From Macrostomum lignano (taxonomy: Eukaryota), in contig NIVC01001762.1 in NCBI GenBank assembly GCA_002269645.1, positions 124,001 to 188,000 of the forward strand: 64,000 nucleotides of DNA, read 5' to 3'. Each line of letters starts with the position of its first letter. Position 1 is the stretch's first letter. Below are positions 49,975-62,017 of the stretch, piece after piece. The position numbers and the translations under genes are program-made. Under the pieces are notes generated by a model. The model did not search any database. It was not told where the DNA came from and was given only the letters and a program-made list of their open reading frames with translations.

Positions 49975-51655
49975 AAGAGAACAAGAAGAGACACAAGAGC
50001 TAGAAGAAGAGACACAAGAGCTAGAAGAAGAGACACAAGAGCTAGAAGAAGAGACACAAGAGCTAGAAGAAGAGACACAAGATCTAAAAGAGACACAAGA
50101 GCTAGAAGAAGAGACACAAGATCTAAAAGAGACACAAGAGCTAGAAGAAGAGACACAAGAGCTAGAAGAAGAGACACAAGAGCTGGAAGAAGAGACACAA
50201 GAGCTAGAAGAAGAGACACAAGAGCTAGAAGAAGAGACACAAGAGCTAGAAGAAGAGACACAAGATCTAAAAGAGACACAAGAGCTAGAAGAAGAGACAC
50301 AAGAGCTGGAAGAAGAGACACAAGAGCTAGAAGAAGAGACACAAGATCTAAAAGAGACACAAGATCTAAAAGAGACACAAGAGCTAGAAGAAGAGACACA
50401 AGAGCTAGAAGAAGAGATACAAGAGCTAGAAGAAGAGACACAAAAGCTGGAAGAAGAGACACAAGAGCTAGAAGAAGAGACACAAGATCTAGAAGAAGAG
50501 ACACAAGAGCTAGAAGAAGAGACACAAGAGCTAGAAGAAGAGACACAAGAGCTAGAAGAAGAGACACAAGAGCTAGAGGAAGAGACACAAGAGCTAGAAG
50601 AAGAGACACAAGAGCTAGAAGAAGAGACACAAGAGCTAGAGGAAGAGACACAAGAGCTAGAAGAAGAGACACAAGAGCTAGAAGAAGAGACACAAGAGCT
50701 AGAAGAAGAGACACAAGAGCTAGAAGAAGAGACACAAGAGCTAGAAGAAAAGACACAAGAGCTAGAAGAAGAGACACAGGAGCTAGAGGAAAAGACATAA
50801 GAGCTAAAAGAAGAGACACAAGAGCTAGAAGAAGAGACACAGGAGCTAGAGGAAGAGACACAAGAGCTAGAAGAAGAGACACAAGAGCTAGAAGAAGAGA
50901 CACAAGAGCTAGAAGAAGAGACACAAGAGCTAGAAGAAGAGACACAAGAGCTAGAAGAAGAGACACAAGAGCTAGAAGAAGAGACACAAGAGCTAGAAGA
51001 AGAGACACAAGAGCTAGAAGAAGAGACACAAGAGCTAGAAGAAGAGACACAAGAGCTAGAAGAAGAGACACAAGATCTAGAAGAAGAGACACAAGAGCTA
51101 GAAGAAGAGACACAAGAGCTAGAAGAAGAGACACAAGAGCTGGAAGAAGAGACACAAGAGCTAGAAGAAGAGACACAAGAGCTAGAAGAAGAGACACAAG
51201 AGCTAGAAGAAGAGACACAAGAGCTAGAAGAAGAGACACAAGAGCTGGAAGAAGAGACACAAGAGCTAGAAGAAGAGACACAAGAGCTAGAAGAAGAGAC
51301 ACAGGAGCTAGAAGAAGAGAAACAAGAGCTAGAAGAAGAGACACAAGAGCTAGAAGAAGAGACACAAGAGCTAGAAGAAGAGACACAAGAGCTAGAAGAA
51401 GAGACACAAGATCTAGAAGAAGAGACACAAGATCTAGAAGAAGAGACACAAGATCTAGAAGAAGAGACACAAGAGCTAGAAGAAGAGACACAAGAGCTGG
51501 AAGAAGAGACACAAGAGCTAGAAGAAGAGACACAAGAGCTAGAAGAAGAGACACAAGAGCTAAAAGAAGAGACACAAGAGCTAAAAGAAGAGACACAAGA
51601 GCTAGAAGAAGAGAAACAAGAGCTAGAAGAAGAGACACAAGAGCTAGAAGAGACG
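49975..51655. repeat. 21-bp minisatellite (GAAGAAGAGACACAAGAGCTA)x~80
   Basis: Direct reading; source of the EEETQEL and LLLALVS ORFs. Confidence 0.95.
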
Positions 51656-52319
51656 CAGAGCTAACCAGAAGCCGCTCATGGCAAGCCGGAGCTCCAGGTC
51701 AGCAGAAGCAGCGGGCCTCGTTGCTAGCCGGGGTTTCCAGCTGCCAGAGAAAGCAGTCGGGGAGGCCGCCCCGACCGCCCGGCCTGCATGGAATGATTTC
51801 TGGCCGCAGCCGATGGCCCCAAGGGAGGCCGCTCAAGGCGCTGACAGGCAGGAATTATCTCGTCCGTCCCACTCCTCTGGTAGGCGCTTTCTTTTTCTTC
51901 CAGTTTCCTTGCTGGCAAGCCGCCGCTTGCTTGGGCAAAACTCCCGGATTCTCCCCTACAAAGCGGGCGGCTGGCCGGTCAATACCCCGGCTGCCGCCGT
52001 CGCCTGCGGGCTTCGGAGAGTCGGGGAAAGTGAGAAGGCAAGATAAACTCAATGAGCTGGCGTCATTACACGGTCGGCTTGTCGCGCTCCGATCTGCTTT
52101 TTTTCTGCAGGCTGCTGCTGCCGCTGCTGCTGCTGCATCCCGGATGCGGTGGAGCCACTCGCTCAGCCACCCCCTCCCCGCTCTGACTCTCAACTTCTTT
52201 TCCTCGTCTTCCTGCCCTGGCTCTGTTGCATTTTTTATTGCTGAGAACCCGACGAAATCCGAGTTACACAACACAGGTTTCTGCAGCAATTTCTCATGTC
52301 AGCTGGCTTTGAGTCTGAG

Positions 52320-52855
52320 ATAGAATAGACAGGTGTGCGTGAGATAGATCTAGAATAGAACAGATGTGCGTGAGATAGATCTAGAATAGAACAGGTGCGC
52401 GTGAGATAGATCTAGAATAGAACAGGTGCGCGTGAGATAGATCTAGAATAGAACAGGTGTGCGTGAGATAGATCTAGAATAGAACAGATGTGCGTGAGAT
52501 AGATCTAAAATAGAACAGGTGTGCGTGAGATAGATCTAGAATAGAACAGGTATGCGTGAGATAGATCTAGAATAGAACAGGTATGCGTGAGATAGATCTA
52601 GAATAGAACAGGTGTGCGTGAGATAGATCTAGAATAGAACAGGTGTGCGTGAGATAGATCTAGAATAGAACAGGTGTGTGTGTGTGTGATAGATCTAGAA
52701 TAGACAGGTGTGTGTGAGATAGATCTAGAATAGAACAGATGTGCGTGAGATAGATCTAAAATAGAACAGGTGTGCGTGAGATAGATCTAGAATAGAACAG
52801 GTGTGCGTGAGATAGATCTAGAATAGACAGGTGTGTATGACATAGATCTAGAATA
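52320..52855. repeat. 31-bp minisatellite (CTAGAATAGAACAGGTGTGCGTGAGATAGAT)x~17
   Basis: Period 31 (52381, 52412...); AGATCTAG palindromic core. Confidence 0.93.
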
Positions 52856-52965
52856 TCCTAACTGAAGTCGGAACATTCAAATTTAATTGCGATATTCAGG
52901 GAGACAAAATATCAACTAATCATGAGCTCAGCAGATCTTCCTTTCTAAAAATGTAATCATTCACT

Positions 52966-55475
52966 TTGCCATCATCTGCTCCGAGCTCGCATGCGGAACC
53001 TTGCAAAGCTTTCGTTAGCGCTGTGGAATCATTCATTGATAGCGGGGTGGAGGAATTCAAACGGATGACCCCCGGGGGCGGCAGGACCTCCCCTGCGCCG
53101 CTCCGGTCACGCGAGCACCTCAATGGCGACTCGCCGAGGAACAGAGAAAAGCGATCAGTCAGACGCCGCCTCGCTACACTTTGCTGGCGCGGAGTTCTGT
53201 ACGACTTCCCAGCCATGTCTGCCGGCTTGGCTGCTAGCGCACACCTCCCTTCTCCTCTCGCGAGTTTCCCTCCCTTCATCTCCTTCTCATCTGCCTCCCT
53301 TCATCTCCTTCTCATCTGCCTCCCTTTATCTCCTTCTCATCTGCCTCCCTTTATCTCCTTCTCTTCTGCCTCCCTTCATCTCCTTCTCTTCTGCCTCCCT
53401 TCATCTCCTTCTCATCTGCCTCCCTTCATCTCCTTCTCATCTGCCTCCCTTTATCTCCTTCTCATCTGCCTCCCTTCATCTCCGCTTGTCTGCCTCCTTT
53501 CATCTCCTTCTCGTCTGCCTCCCTTCATCTCCTTCTCATCTGCCTCCCTTCATCTCTTTCTCATCTGCCTCCCTTCATCTCTTTCTCATCTGCCTCCCTT
53601 CATCTCTTTCTCATCTGCCTCCCTTCATCTCCTTCTTATCTCCCTCCCTTCATCTCCTTCCCTCATTTCCTCCTCGGCCTGACTGCTTCCCTTCATTTCT
53701 TTCTTCCCTCCAGCCTCAGTCCCTTCATCAACTTCTTCCCATAGCCCGCCAGTCAGCCGCGGTGCAGCCCGCCGAGCCGCAGCGCCAGCTTCGCCATCCC
53801 AAAGCTGGCTGCGACTTTCCCGAAGTCCTCCGCCGCCACGGCCCCTGGGCCTTCCAGCACCACCTGGCCAGGGACCCGCCACTGGCGCCCGCGCCGCCTC
53901 GCCCTCCGACAAGCTGCGCTTCGCTTTGGCCAGCGTTGCTACGGCAACCGGACAACCGGAGCACCCGCTGGGCCGAGTGAACATCCGTCGCCGGCTGGTG
54001 CTGCCTGCGGGCGACCCCGGCGCTGGAGGCTACCGCGAGTCGGCGCCAGACGAGCCGCTGGAGGCTCTGGAGTGCCTGGAGGCGGCGGCGGCCAACTACA
54101 GACCGTCCGAGACCTTCCTGGCGGCTCACTACCACTCGGATGGGTGAGCGGGTCCGGTCTCTGATCATTAATTGGTTATTAGTAATTCGGCTGATCATGA
54201 AGTCTGGTCATTCTGCTGATCATCATAGATTCTGGTCATTCTATGATATACAGTCTGGTCATACTACTGGCCACTGCCCAAACCGCCCCGCCCCCAGAGA
54301 CTCCCAGCAGCTGTCGGGTTATTTGTGCATCACATTCGAAGCGAAGGCTGATGAGCGAAGTCGAGCTGTGTTTGCAGTCACCGTGTACTTTGGTGAGTTG
54401 AATAATGAGCAATAAATTCTGACCAAGGAGCTGTGGGATTTCTGACGCGGAGTGGGATTCCTGACATTCTTAGGCCAAGTCGAGCCGCACAGATTTCCCG
54501 TTGCCAACTGCCCAGCAGGAGAGCTCAGCGATAAATGGGCCTGGATCCGTGAGTTCGAATCCTGCAGCACCTCAAATAAGTTTTTGAGCTTTAAAAAATA
54601 TATCAAGATTGACGCTTGAAATTTTCAGCCGAGCCGCGCACCGGGAATTTCCACGACATCCCGTGCCCGTTCACCTTCTCCTACCGGGCTGTGCTGGACT
54701 GGATCGACGCCAGGGACCGCGCGCGTCCGCGGCCTGTGGTTGGTGCCCCAGCCTGATCTTGAACTGCCGCCCTTCTGTACTCGTGCAGTAGAGTGCTGTG
54801 CTGGCTGGAGTTGATACTTTCCACCAGACACCAGACATGTCTGCACACCACACAAACCCCAACTCCGCACACCCACCCCAACTCCGCACACCCACCTCAC
54901 TCCGCACACCCACCCCAACTCCGCACACCCACCCCAACTCCGCACACCCACCTCACTCCGCACACCCACCCCAACTCCGCACACCCACCCCAACTCCCTT
55001 CACCCACCCAACTCCATTCACCCACCCCATCTTCGCACACCCACCCAACTTCATTCACCCACCCCATCTTCGCACACCCACCCCAACTCCGCAGAACCTT
55101 CGCTCCGGCCTGGGCACAGTGCAGGAGAACACTTTCACGCTGGTGCAGAGCCAGTGCGTGCCGGACACGGGGATGAGCTGGCTGTTGTACAACGTGCCTC
55201 CGAGCTCGCTGCTCCGCGTGGCGCCGCTCTCCCTGCTCAGCAGCCTGCCCGGCCAGGACTCAATCCGTGAGAATCTTCTTCTCTCCCCCGAGTCATTAAT
55301 TCAAACTCGTTTCACCCCCCTCTTGAATTCATTGCAGCCAATCTTTTTATTTCTTTCAACTGCCTCATCTGTTCGTGAATTTTTTCTTACCGTCAGCTGT
55401 CCTCTCCTCAGTCTCTTCCTGCTCCGGAACTTCTACGCGGAGAAGCCGCGCCTCTGCAAAAGTCAGATTAATTAG
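52966..55475 (+). CDS. Uncharacterised multi-exon protein-coding gene; phase-consistent exons 53745-54143, 54298-54392, 54629-54738, 55095-55266; probable upstream exon ~52990-53215; ends uncertain
   Basis: GT-AG junctions join in phases 2/1/0 to give ...EHPLGRVNIRRRLVLP...FLAAHYHSDGDSQQLSGYLCITFEAK...AVTVYFAEPRTGNFHDIPCPFTFSYRAVLDWIDARDRARPRPVNLRSGLGTVQENTFTLVQSQCVPDTGMSWLLYNVPP...; GC3-rich codons; no family recognised. Confidence 0.65.
53255..53700 (+). repeat. Intronic CT-rich ~25-bp minisatellite (CCTCCCTTCATCTCCTTCTCATCTG)
   Basis: Grades into the acceptor tract cccttcatcaacttcttcccatag at 53744. Confidence 0.9.
54850..55090 (+). repeat. Intronic CCAACTCCGCACACCCACC minisatellite, second locus
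   Basis: The last unit ccccaactccgcAG supplies the acceptor at 55094. Confidence 0.9.
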
Positions 55476-55809
55476 CCTTTGATGGCGCTACAGGCGGAGT
55501 CAGAGTCGACCTCTCCGCCGAAAACGACTTTGATGACCCCGGCTGAAGAGGCCCGAGGGCTATCAGAAACTGCGATTAAAAAAATATGCGAGCCCAGGGC
55601 TTTGATCAGCCGCCTCAGTCGGATTGCGGGAGTGAAGGACCGAGCGAGAGAGATGGGCAACAGATCTGGGTGGCCGAACCCCTGGAGTTGTACGGCTACC
55701 TTTGCTGTGTATTCTAATATAGTTTTGCAGTTAATTCATTATAAAAAGTAACCACGTAGGATTCACAAGGTTTTTGGATCTCGAAATCCCTAGAATTTTT
55801 TAGTGGGAC

Positions 55810-56605
55810 CTGAATTGTGATCCCTGAATTGGGACCTGAATTGGGATCTGAAATGGGACCTGAAGTGGGATCTGAATTGGGCCTGAATTGGGACCTGAAT
55901 TGGGATCTAAATTGGGATCTGAATTGGGACCTGAATTGGGACCTGAATTGGGACCTGAATTGGGACCTGAATTGGGACCTGAATTGGGACCTGAATTGGG
56001 ACCTGAATTGGGACCTGAATTGGGACCTGAATTGGGACCTGAATTGGGACCTGAATTGGGACCTGAATTGGGACCTGAATTGGGACCTGAATTGGGATCT
56101 GAATTGGGACCTGAATTGGGATCTGAATTGGGATCTGAATTGGGACCTGAATTGGGACCTGAATTGGGACCTGTATTGGGACCTGAATTGGGATCTGAAT
56201 TGGGACCTGAATTGGGATCTGAATTGGGACCTGAAGTGGGACTTTAGGTGGGACCTGAATTGGGACCTGAATTGGGACCTGAATTGGGACCTGAATTGGG
56301 ACCTGAATTGGGACCTGAATTGGGACCTGAATTGGGACCTGAATTGGGACCTGAATTGGGACCTGAATTGGGATCTGAATTGGGATCTGAATTGGGATCT
56401 GAATTGGGATCTGAATTGGGATCTGAATTGGGACCTGAATTGGGACCTGAAATGGGACCTGAAGTGGGACTTTAGGTGGGACCTGAATTAGGACCTGAAT
56501 TGGGACCTGAAATGGGACCTGAAGTGGGACTTTAGGTGGGACCTGAATTGGGACCTGAATTGGGACCTGAAATGGGACCTGAAGTGGGACTTTAGGTGGG
56601 ACCTC
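55810..56605. repeat. 12-bp minisatellite (GAATTGGGACCT)x~65
   Basis: Direct reading; source of the WDLN/GPEL ORFs. Confidence 0.95.
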
Positions 56606-56852
56606 ATGCATGAATCCTGTTTCTTCCACGGCTCCAAAATCCTTGAGCGCACAAGAATTTCTGGTTCAAACTGCTTTTACAGCTTCAGCTGCAAATAAAG
56701 TGCAAATAAATCGTGTTTAAATTTGCACTTTCACACCGTTGGTCCACGGCAGGGCTATTTAGCGGCTACAGCGGGAGCGGCGGCCCCAGCCCAGCCCGAG
56801 ACCGGCCCGAGATCTGCAGAATCCTTATCAGCTCTGCAAGCAACTCAAAAGC

Positions 56853-58097
56853 ATGCTCACTCTGCTTCTCGTTGCTCAGTTCGCTGCAGCTCTTGCAGCT
56901 GAGCAGGGTAAGTTTCCTGGAATATCTAGGAATAGTTGAGTCCTAGCTTCTCCTCTGCTCAACCCTCCTCTCTCAAACAGCCTTCGAGTTCGACGCAGTC
57001 ACCGCGACCGCCTCCTGCAATGCGAGCTCAGTCACCGTGAGCGCTCGCAGCGACGTCGAGTGCGCTGTGAAATGCGCTCAGGCCGGAGACCGCCTCTCCT
57101 ACAGCTTCATCAACGGAGTCTGTGTCCTGTCCAACAGGGCCGACTGCGCCGCATCCGGTGCTGCAACCGTGTACCGGAAGAAACGCGTGGGACCGGGTGA
57201 ATATTTCAGGTTATTTTTTCGCCTGCAAACAGGGGCAGCGACTGATGACTTGACTCGACTGACATCAAGTCAAGTCGTGGACTCTTTCTGAAGCTTGAGA
57301 GCACGCAGACCCTGCATCGCTACTCTTAAAGCTGAAAAAATCTGCAAAATCAAACTTAGAAGAAAACTTTTCCGACTAAACACTTTTGCTTCTTGCTGCC
57401 CAATAGCTGCAAGTTGAGAAGAAAAAAAGCTCACTGCACCAACCACTTCAGATGTTTCGGCCGGATACCTGCGGCAGATCGGCGGCCGGACATTCTGGGT
57501 GTTCCAGCAGAGACAGACGGGTCAAATCGCCTTCAACAGGAACTGGGATGACTACGTCAGCGGCTTCGGAGATGCCACGGAGTTCTGGGCTGGTGAGCAT
57601 CCCATGTGCTGGGTGTAAAACAATGTCTGTGTGAGCTCAACTTGGCGAATCTGCAAGTTTTGACAATTCAAATTGCAGGACTCGAAAACATCCACGATAT
57701 GATTGGGACCAACCCTCGAAACCTGCGAGTCGAGGCCCAGACCTTCGACGGACAATTATACGCGTTCGAGTGGCTCAGCTTCACCGTCGGAGACTCCAGC
57801 ACGAACTACACGATGAACTACGGCAGCTTCCTCAGCGCCAACTCTACCATCGACTGCGACTTCTTGTCGGAAGCTCGAGGCCATCAGTTCTCCACCTTCG
57901 ACAGGGACAACGACGCTTATTCCACCAGCTGCAGCACCCAGTTTGGGAGCGGCGGCTACTGGTGGGGCGGCTGCATGAACTCCAACCCGAACGGTGTGTA
58001 CTCAGCCACGCTGACGTTCGGTCACTCCTTTATATCCTCGAATTGCATTAGGAGCTACGAGACCCCCCGCACGATGCAGATGATGCTGCAGGTGTGA
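56853..58097 (+). CDS. Secreted PAN/apple-like + fibrinogen C-terminal domain (FReD) protein; exons 56853-56907, 56981-57196, 57452-57592, 57679-58097; 276 aa
   Basis: Signal peptide MLTLLLVAQFAAALA; exon 2 SDVECAVKC...YSFINGVCVLS (PAN-like); exons 3-4 WVFQQRQTG..FNRNWDDYVSGFG..EFWAGLENIH...FSTFDRDND...C...GGYWWGGCMNSNPNG (FReD). All introns are GT-AG, phase 1. Confidence 0.9.
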
Positions 58098-58693
58098 ATT
58101 CTCATAGGCAAATTCTTTAGAAACGTTATTGAAAACAAAGTAATCAGTGACTACTAGTCAGCATTGCGTGTTTTTTAATTTTATTAAACTTGAAAAATTC
58201 AAATTGCGACTTTCTGTTTTAATTATCCGGTTCCAAGCTCAGCCGCAAGGTTTAAAATATTTATGAATTTTTATTCAGGCACAATGTATGTTAATATTCA
58301 TTACTTTAGATGTCTAGAAATTTCCTTTGCGTGAGTATGCCTTTCTGTACCTTGCTATGCCAGCTAAAATCATCACATTAAAGCTGCATTCCGATTCTAT
58401 TTGTTTTCTATTGATAATAACTCAAAATTTTATGAGCATAGTTAATAAAGTGAGATCAGCATCACCTGTTCTATTCAGTTACTGTGTTTTACTAAAAAAT
58501 GCGCTTTTGTCCCACCGAAGTAAACCAATAAAAGTTTGTTTCTGTATTTCGTCCTGGTGTTTTCAGTTATGAATTCTGTGCAGTCTGACACAAAGATTGG
58601 CAAAGCGTAGCCATGAGGTGTTGCGAAATCGAACCAGGGGTCGTCGAGGTGCAACAGTCAATGGCTCCTGGCGTTAACGGCTCCAGAGAGACA

Positions 58694-59015
58694 TAATAAT
58701 CATAATCATAATCATAATCATAATCATAATAATCATAATCATAATCATAATCATAATCATAATCATAATCATCATAATCATAATCATAATCATAATCATA
58801 ATCATAATCATAATCATCATAATCATAATCATAATCATAATCATAATCATAATAATCATAATCATAATCATAATCATAATCATAATCATAATCATAATAA
58901 TCATAATCATAATCATAATCATAATCATAATCATAATCATAATAATCATAATCATAATCATAACCATAATCATAATCATAATAATCATAATCATAATCAT
59001 AATAATCATAATCAT
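58694..59015. repeat. (ATCATA)n hexanucleotide microsatellite
   Basis: Direct reading; source of the YDYD/MIMI ORFs. Confidence 0.96.
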
Positions 59016-60697
59016 ACGCATCATCATCAGTTGACAGACTGGTCAAAGATAATCACACAGGGGTTGAGATGCGCATGCCAGCCAGTCCTTCACTTTTCCA
59101 CACGATATTTTTCAGCTGTTTATCGCCCTCCTAACAGCCTCCCATACAGCCTGGCATCATTCAGCTATAATATAAAATGCTCAATATTATGCATTAAATG
59201 CATTGTCAAGCAGTCATAAATAATTTGGGCATCGGACAGCCCGCTCTGCAGGCCGGGCGCGCAGTCCTCTGTCCGCCTCAACTCACTGCGACTTTTGATA
59301 CTGGAGGCTGGATTAGTAAAAGGGAAGCCAGCTTGTTGATTAGCATGGCTGACAGAATAGCGATGGTGACGCAGAGGGAAAACAGTGGACAGAAGGGAAG
59401 CAAGGGATGAGAAAAGAGGGATCATTTTCTCCCCTTGACTCCTCATCTCCGCACCAGCTGTCTTGAGACTATTTGAAACCAATCAGCGATGGGGAGGCCC
59501 GAAGGCGGGATTGGGCAGGCCCAGAGGTGGGGTGGGGCAGGTTCGATGAGGGGTCGGACAGGCTTATTTAAAAAATGAATAAGATGCCCAAAAGAACAAA
59601 TCATTTACCACAGAAACACCGCTTTGTTCTTGAATAAATTTTATACATACAAAGTCATGTTTTTCTTTTATGTCTGTTGACAAACCCAGACGAGCAGGTG
59701 GGCTTTGCTTTACTCACCTGTTTGGTGCGGATTTTGTGCTTTTCAACTGCCAAGACTTGCCAAGACTGCACTCACCCGATGTAGTTGTACAGAGAAGGAG
59801 AGGGTTTTAGGGTTTAAGAAGAGAGGAAGAGAGAGATTTCATTGACTTGGTTCTGCAGCCAATTGTGTACACCTTCAGCCAAATGCAAATCTAACAAGAA
59901 ATCTTAACTTTATAATCTTTCTGCTCACGTACTGCAGATGTACTGCAGAAAGCCTTCATTTTCGGACTCTGTAGCGGACTCCGACAGCAACAAGCAGGGA
60001 ACAAAGCCAGTTGGGAGTTCATACCGTTTTATCATTGTTGTTGACTTGTAATTTTAATTCTGTGCCTGCGTTTTGCGCTCCATTTGCTGCATTTAGGTAT
60101 TGTAATTATAAAATTTGAGTCGCTGTACCGCGCAACAGGGCATAATAAGGCATTGCCTACTAAAGACTAGCAAGAAAAGAATGTGATAGCAACTCTCTCA
60201 CAGTGTGAGCAAAAATAGGTGACGTCCTGAAGCAGCGGTTAAGACCGGCTGACAGTCAGTAAGAACTCAGAAACTGGTCCTGGACTTCAGTTCGAATCTG
60301 AAGACAAGACGAAATACGTTAGTGCGGCCTTGTTGACACAACCACTACTCAAAGCTGTGTTGATTGATGGTTAACTAAAGACACATAGAGTTGCAGTATT
60401 GCGAAAATCACAACGTTTAAAAAACGCTGCCTTCCTTTTACTAGATGGAATCTTGAGCTGAAGTGTCAGCAGAGCGAGTTTATTCCCGGTCTCAATAAAA
60501 AAAATAGTCAATCATAGTCGGGAGCAGGGAGAAACTCAGGTTCTACCTGTACAGTCGTGCGCTACGGTTGCCGCTGCGTTGCTAGGAGCGGAGCGGCAAA
60601 CACGGCAGGGCTATTTAGCGGCCACATCGAAAGCGGCGGCCTGAGACCGGCTCGAGATCTGCAGAATCCTCATCAGCTCTGCAAGCAGCTCAAAAGC

Positions 60698-62017
60698 ATG
60701 CTCACTCTGCTTCTCGTTGCTCAGTTCGCTGCAGCTCTTGCAGCTGAGCAGGGTAAGTTTCCTGGAATATCTAGGAATAGTTGAGTCCTAGCTCATCCTC
60801 TGCTCAACCCTCCTCTCTCAAACAGCCTTCGAGTTCGACGCAGTCACCGCGTCCGCCTCCTGCAATGCGAGCTCAGTCACCGTGAGCGCTCGCAGCGACG
60901 TCGAGTGCGCAGTGAAATGCGCTCAGGCCGGCGACAGCCTCTCCTACAGCTTCATCAACGGAGTCTGCGTCCTGTCCCACAGTGCTTGTTACACCGCATC
61001 CGGTGCTGCGACCGTGCAGTAGAAGCGCAAGAATACTGGTGAACACTTATTGCTAATTCAGTTTTACTATTGCTTTAGAAGGGTCACTACTTTAGGCACT
61101 GTGAATTTCAATCAAGCTGTCCATGTCCATGCACTGTCCATGCACTTCAGATACACTTCTTACACACTCTTCACACATTCCTCACACACTCCCCATAGCT
61201 ATGCATAATGCGTATGTCCGAGAGCATTACAAAATTGAAGTTGAACCAGAAAGTCATTTAAACCAGCAGTTGATACAATCAATTAGTTTACCAACTCAGC
61301 ACTGCCACTGCACTAACAGCTCGCACTCATGCGACCAACGCGCACTCCGTTCACCCCTCCAGTTTTTCCCGTCATGAGTCCCGGATACCGGCAGCGGATC
61401 GGCGGCCGGACATTCTGGGTGTTCCAGCAGAGACAGACGGATCAATCGCTTTCAACAGGAGCTGGGATGACTACGTCAGCGGCTTCGGAGAGGCCACGGA
61501 GTTCTGGGCTGGTGAGTATCTTCAGTAGTGCCAAATGCTACCTGCTTGGTGAAATTCTTCATTTGAACCGTGCATTTTCGTGACAACGCAAATTGCAGGT
61601 CTTGAAAATATCCACAATATGACTGCGACCAGCTCGAGAAACTTGAGAGTCGAGACCCAGACCTTCGCGGGAGAGTTCTACGCGTTCACGTATCTCGGCT
61701 TTTCCGTCGGAGACTCCAGCACGAACTACAGGATGAACTGCGGCAGCTTCCTCAGCTCCAACTCCACCATCAGCTGCGACTTTTTGTTTCACCATCGAGG
61801 CCATCAGTTCTCCACCTTCGACAGGGACAACGACGCTGCTCCTGACAGCTGCAGCACCAAGTATGGGAGCGGCGGCTACTGGTGGGGCCGCTGGATGAGG
61901 TTCAACCCGAACAGTGTGTACTCAACCACGCTGACGACCGGTGCCTCCTACATGGCCTCGTATTGCATTGGAAGCTGGGAGGCCCTCCGTAAGATGCAGA
62001 TGATGCTGCAGGTGTGA
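60698..62017 (+). pseudogene. Disabled tandem paralogue of the PAN-FReD gene; exons 60698-60752, 60826-61038, 61363-61511, 61599-62017
   Basis: In-frame TAG at 61020-61022; 1-bp deletion at ~61444 (caaatc>caatc) frameshifts exon 3; conserved Cys in GGCM changed to Trp (GRWM). Duplicated unit starts ~56742/~60602. Confidence 0.85.

Noticed and set aside
49569-51638. 689-aa LLLALVS ORF (-) and 280-aa EEETQEL heptad ORF (+)
   Set aside because: Both are translations of a 21-bp array. The + frame is broken by TAA at 50798-50800, there is no flanking domain or convincing splice context, and the unit lacks stops by chance.
55540-55575. Hammerhead-ribozyme-like CTGAAGA...GAAAC
   Set aside because: Four extra bases separate stem II from GAAA and stems I/III are not evident; the similar motif near 60298 also lacks stem II pairing.
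59680-59780. Two minus-strand GTGAGT donors suggesting a micro-exon
   Set aside because: It would need a 29-nt intron and yields no credible ORF; insufficient support.
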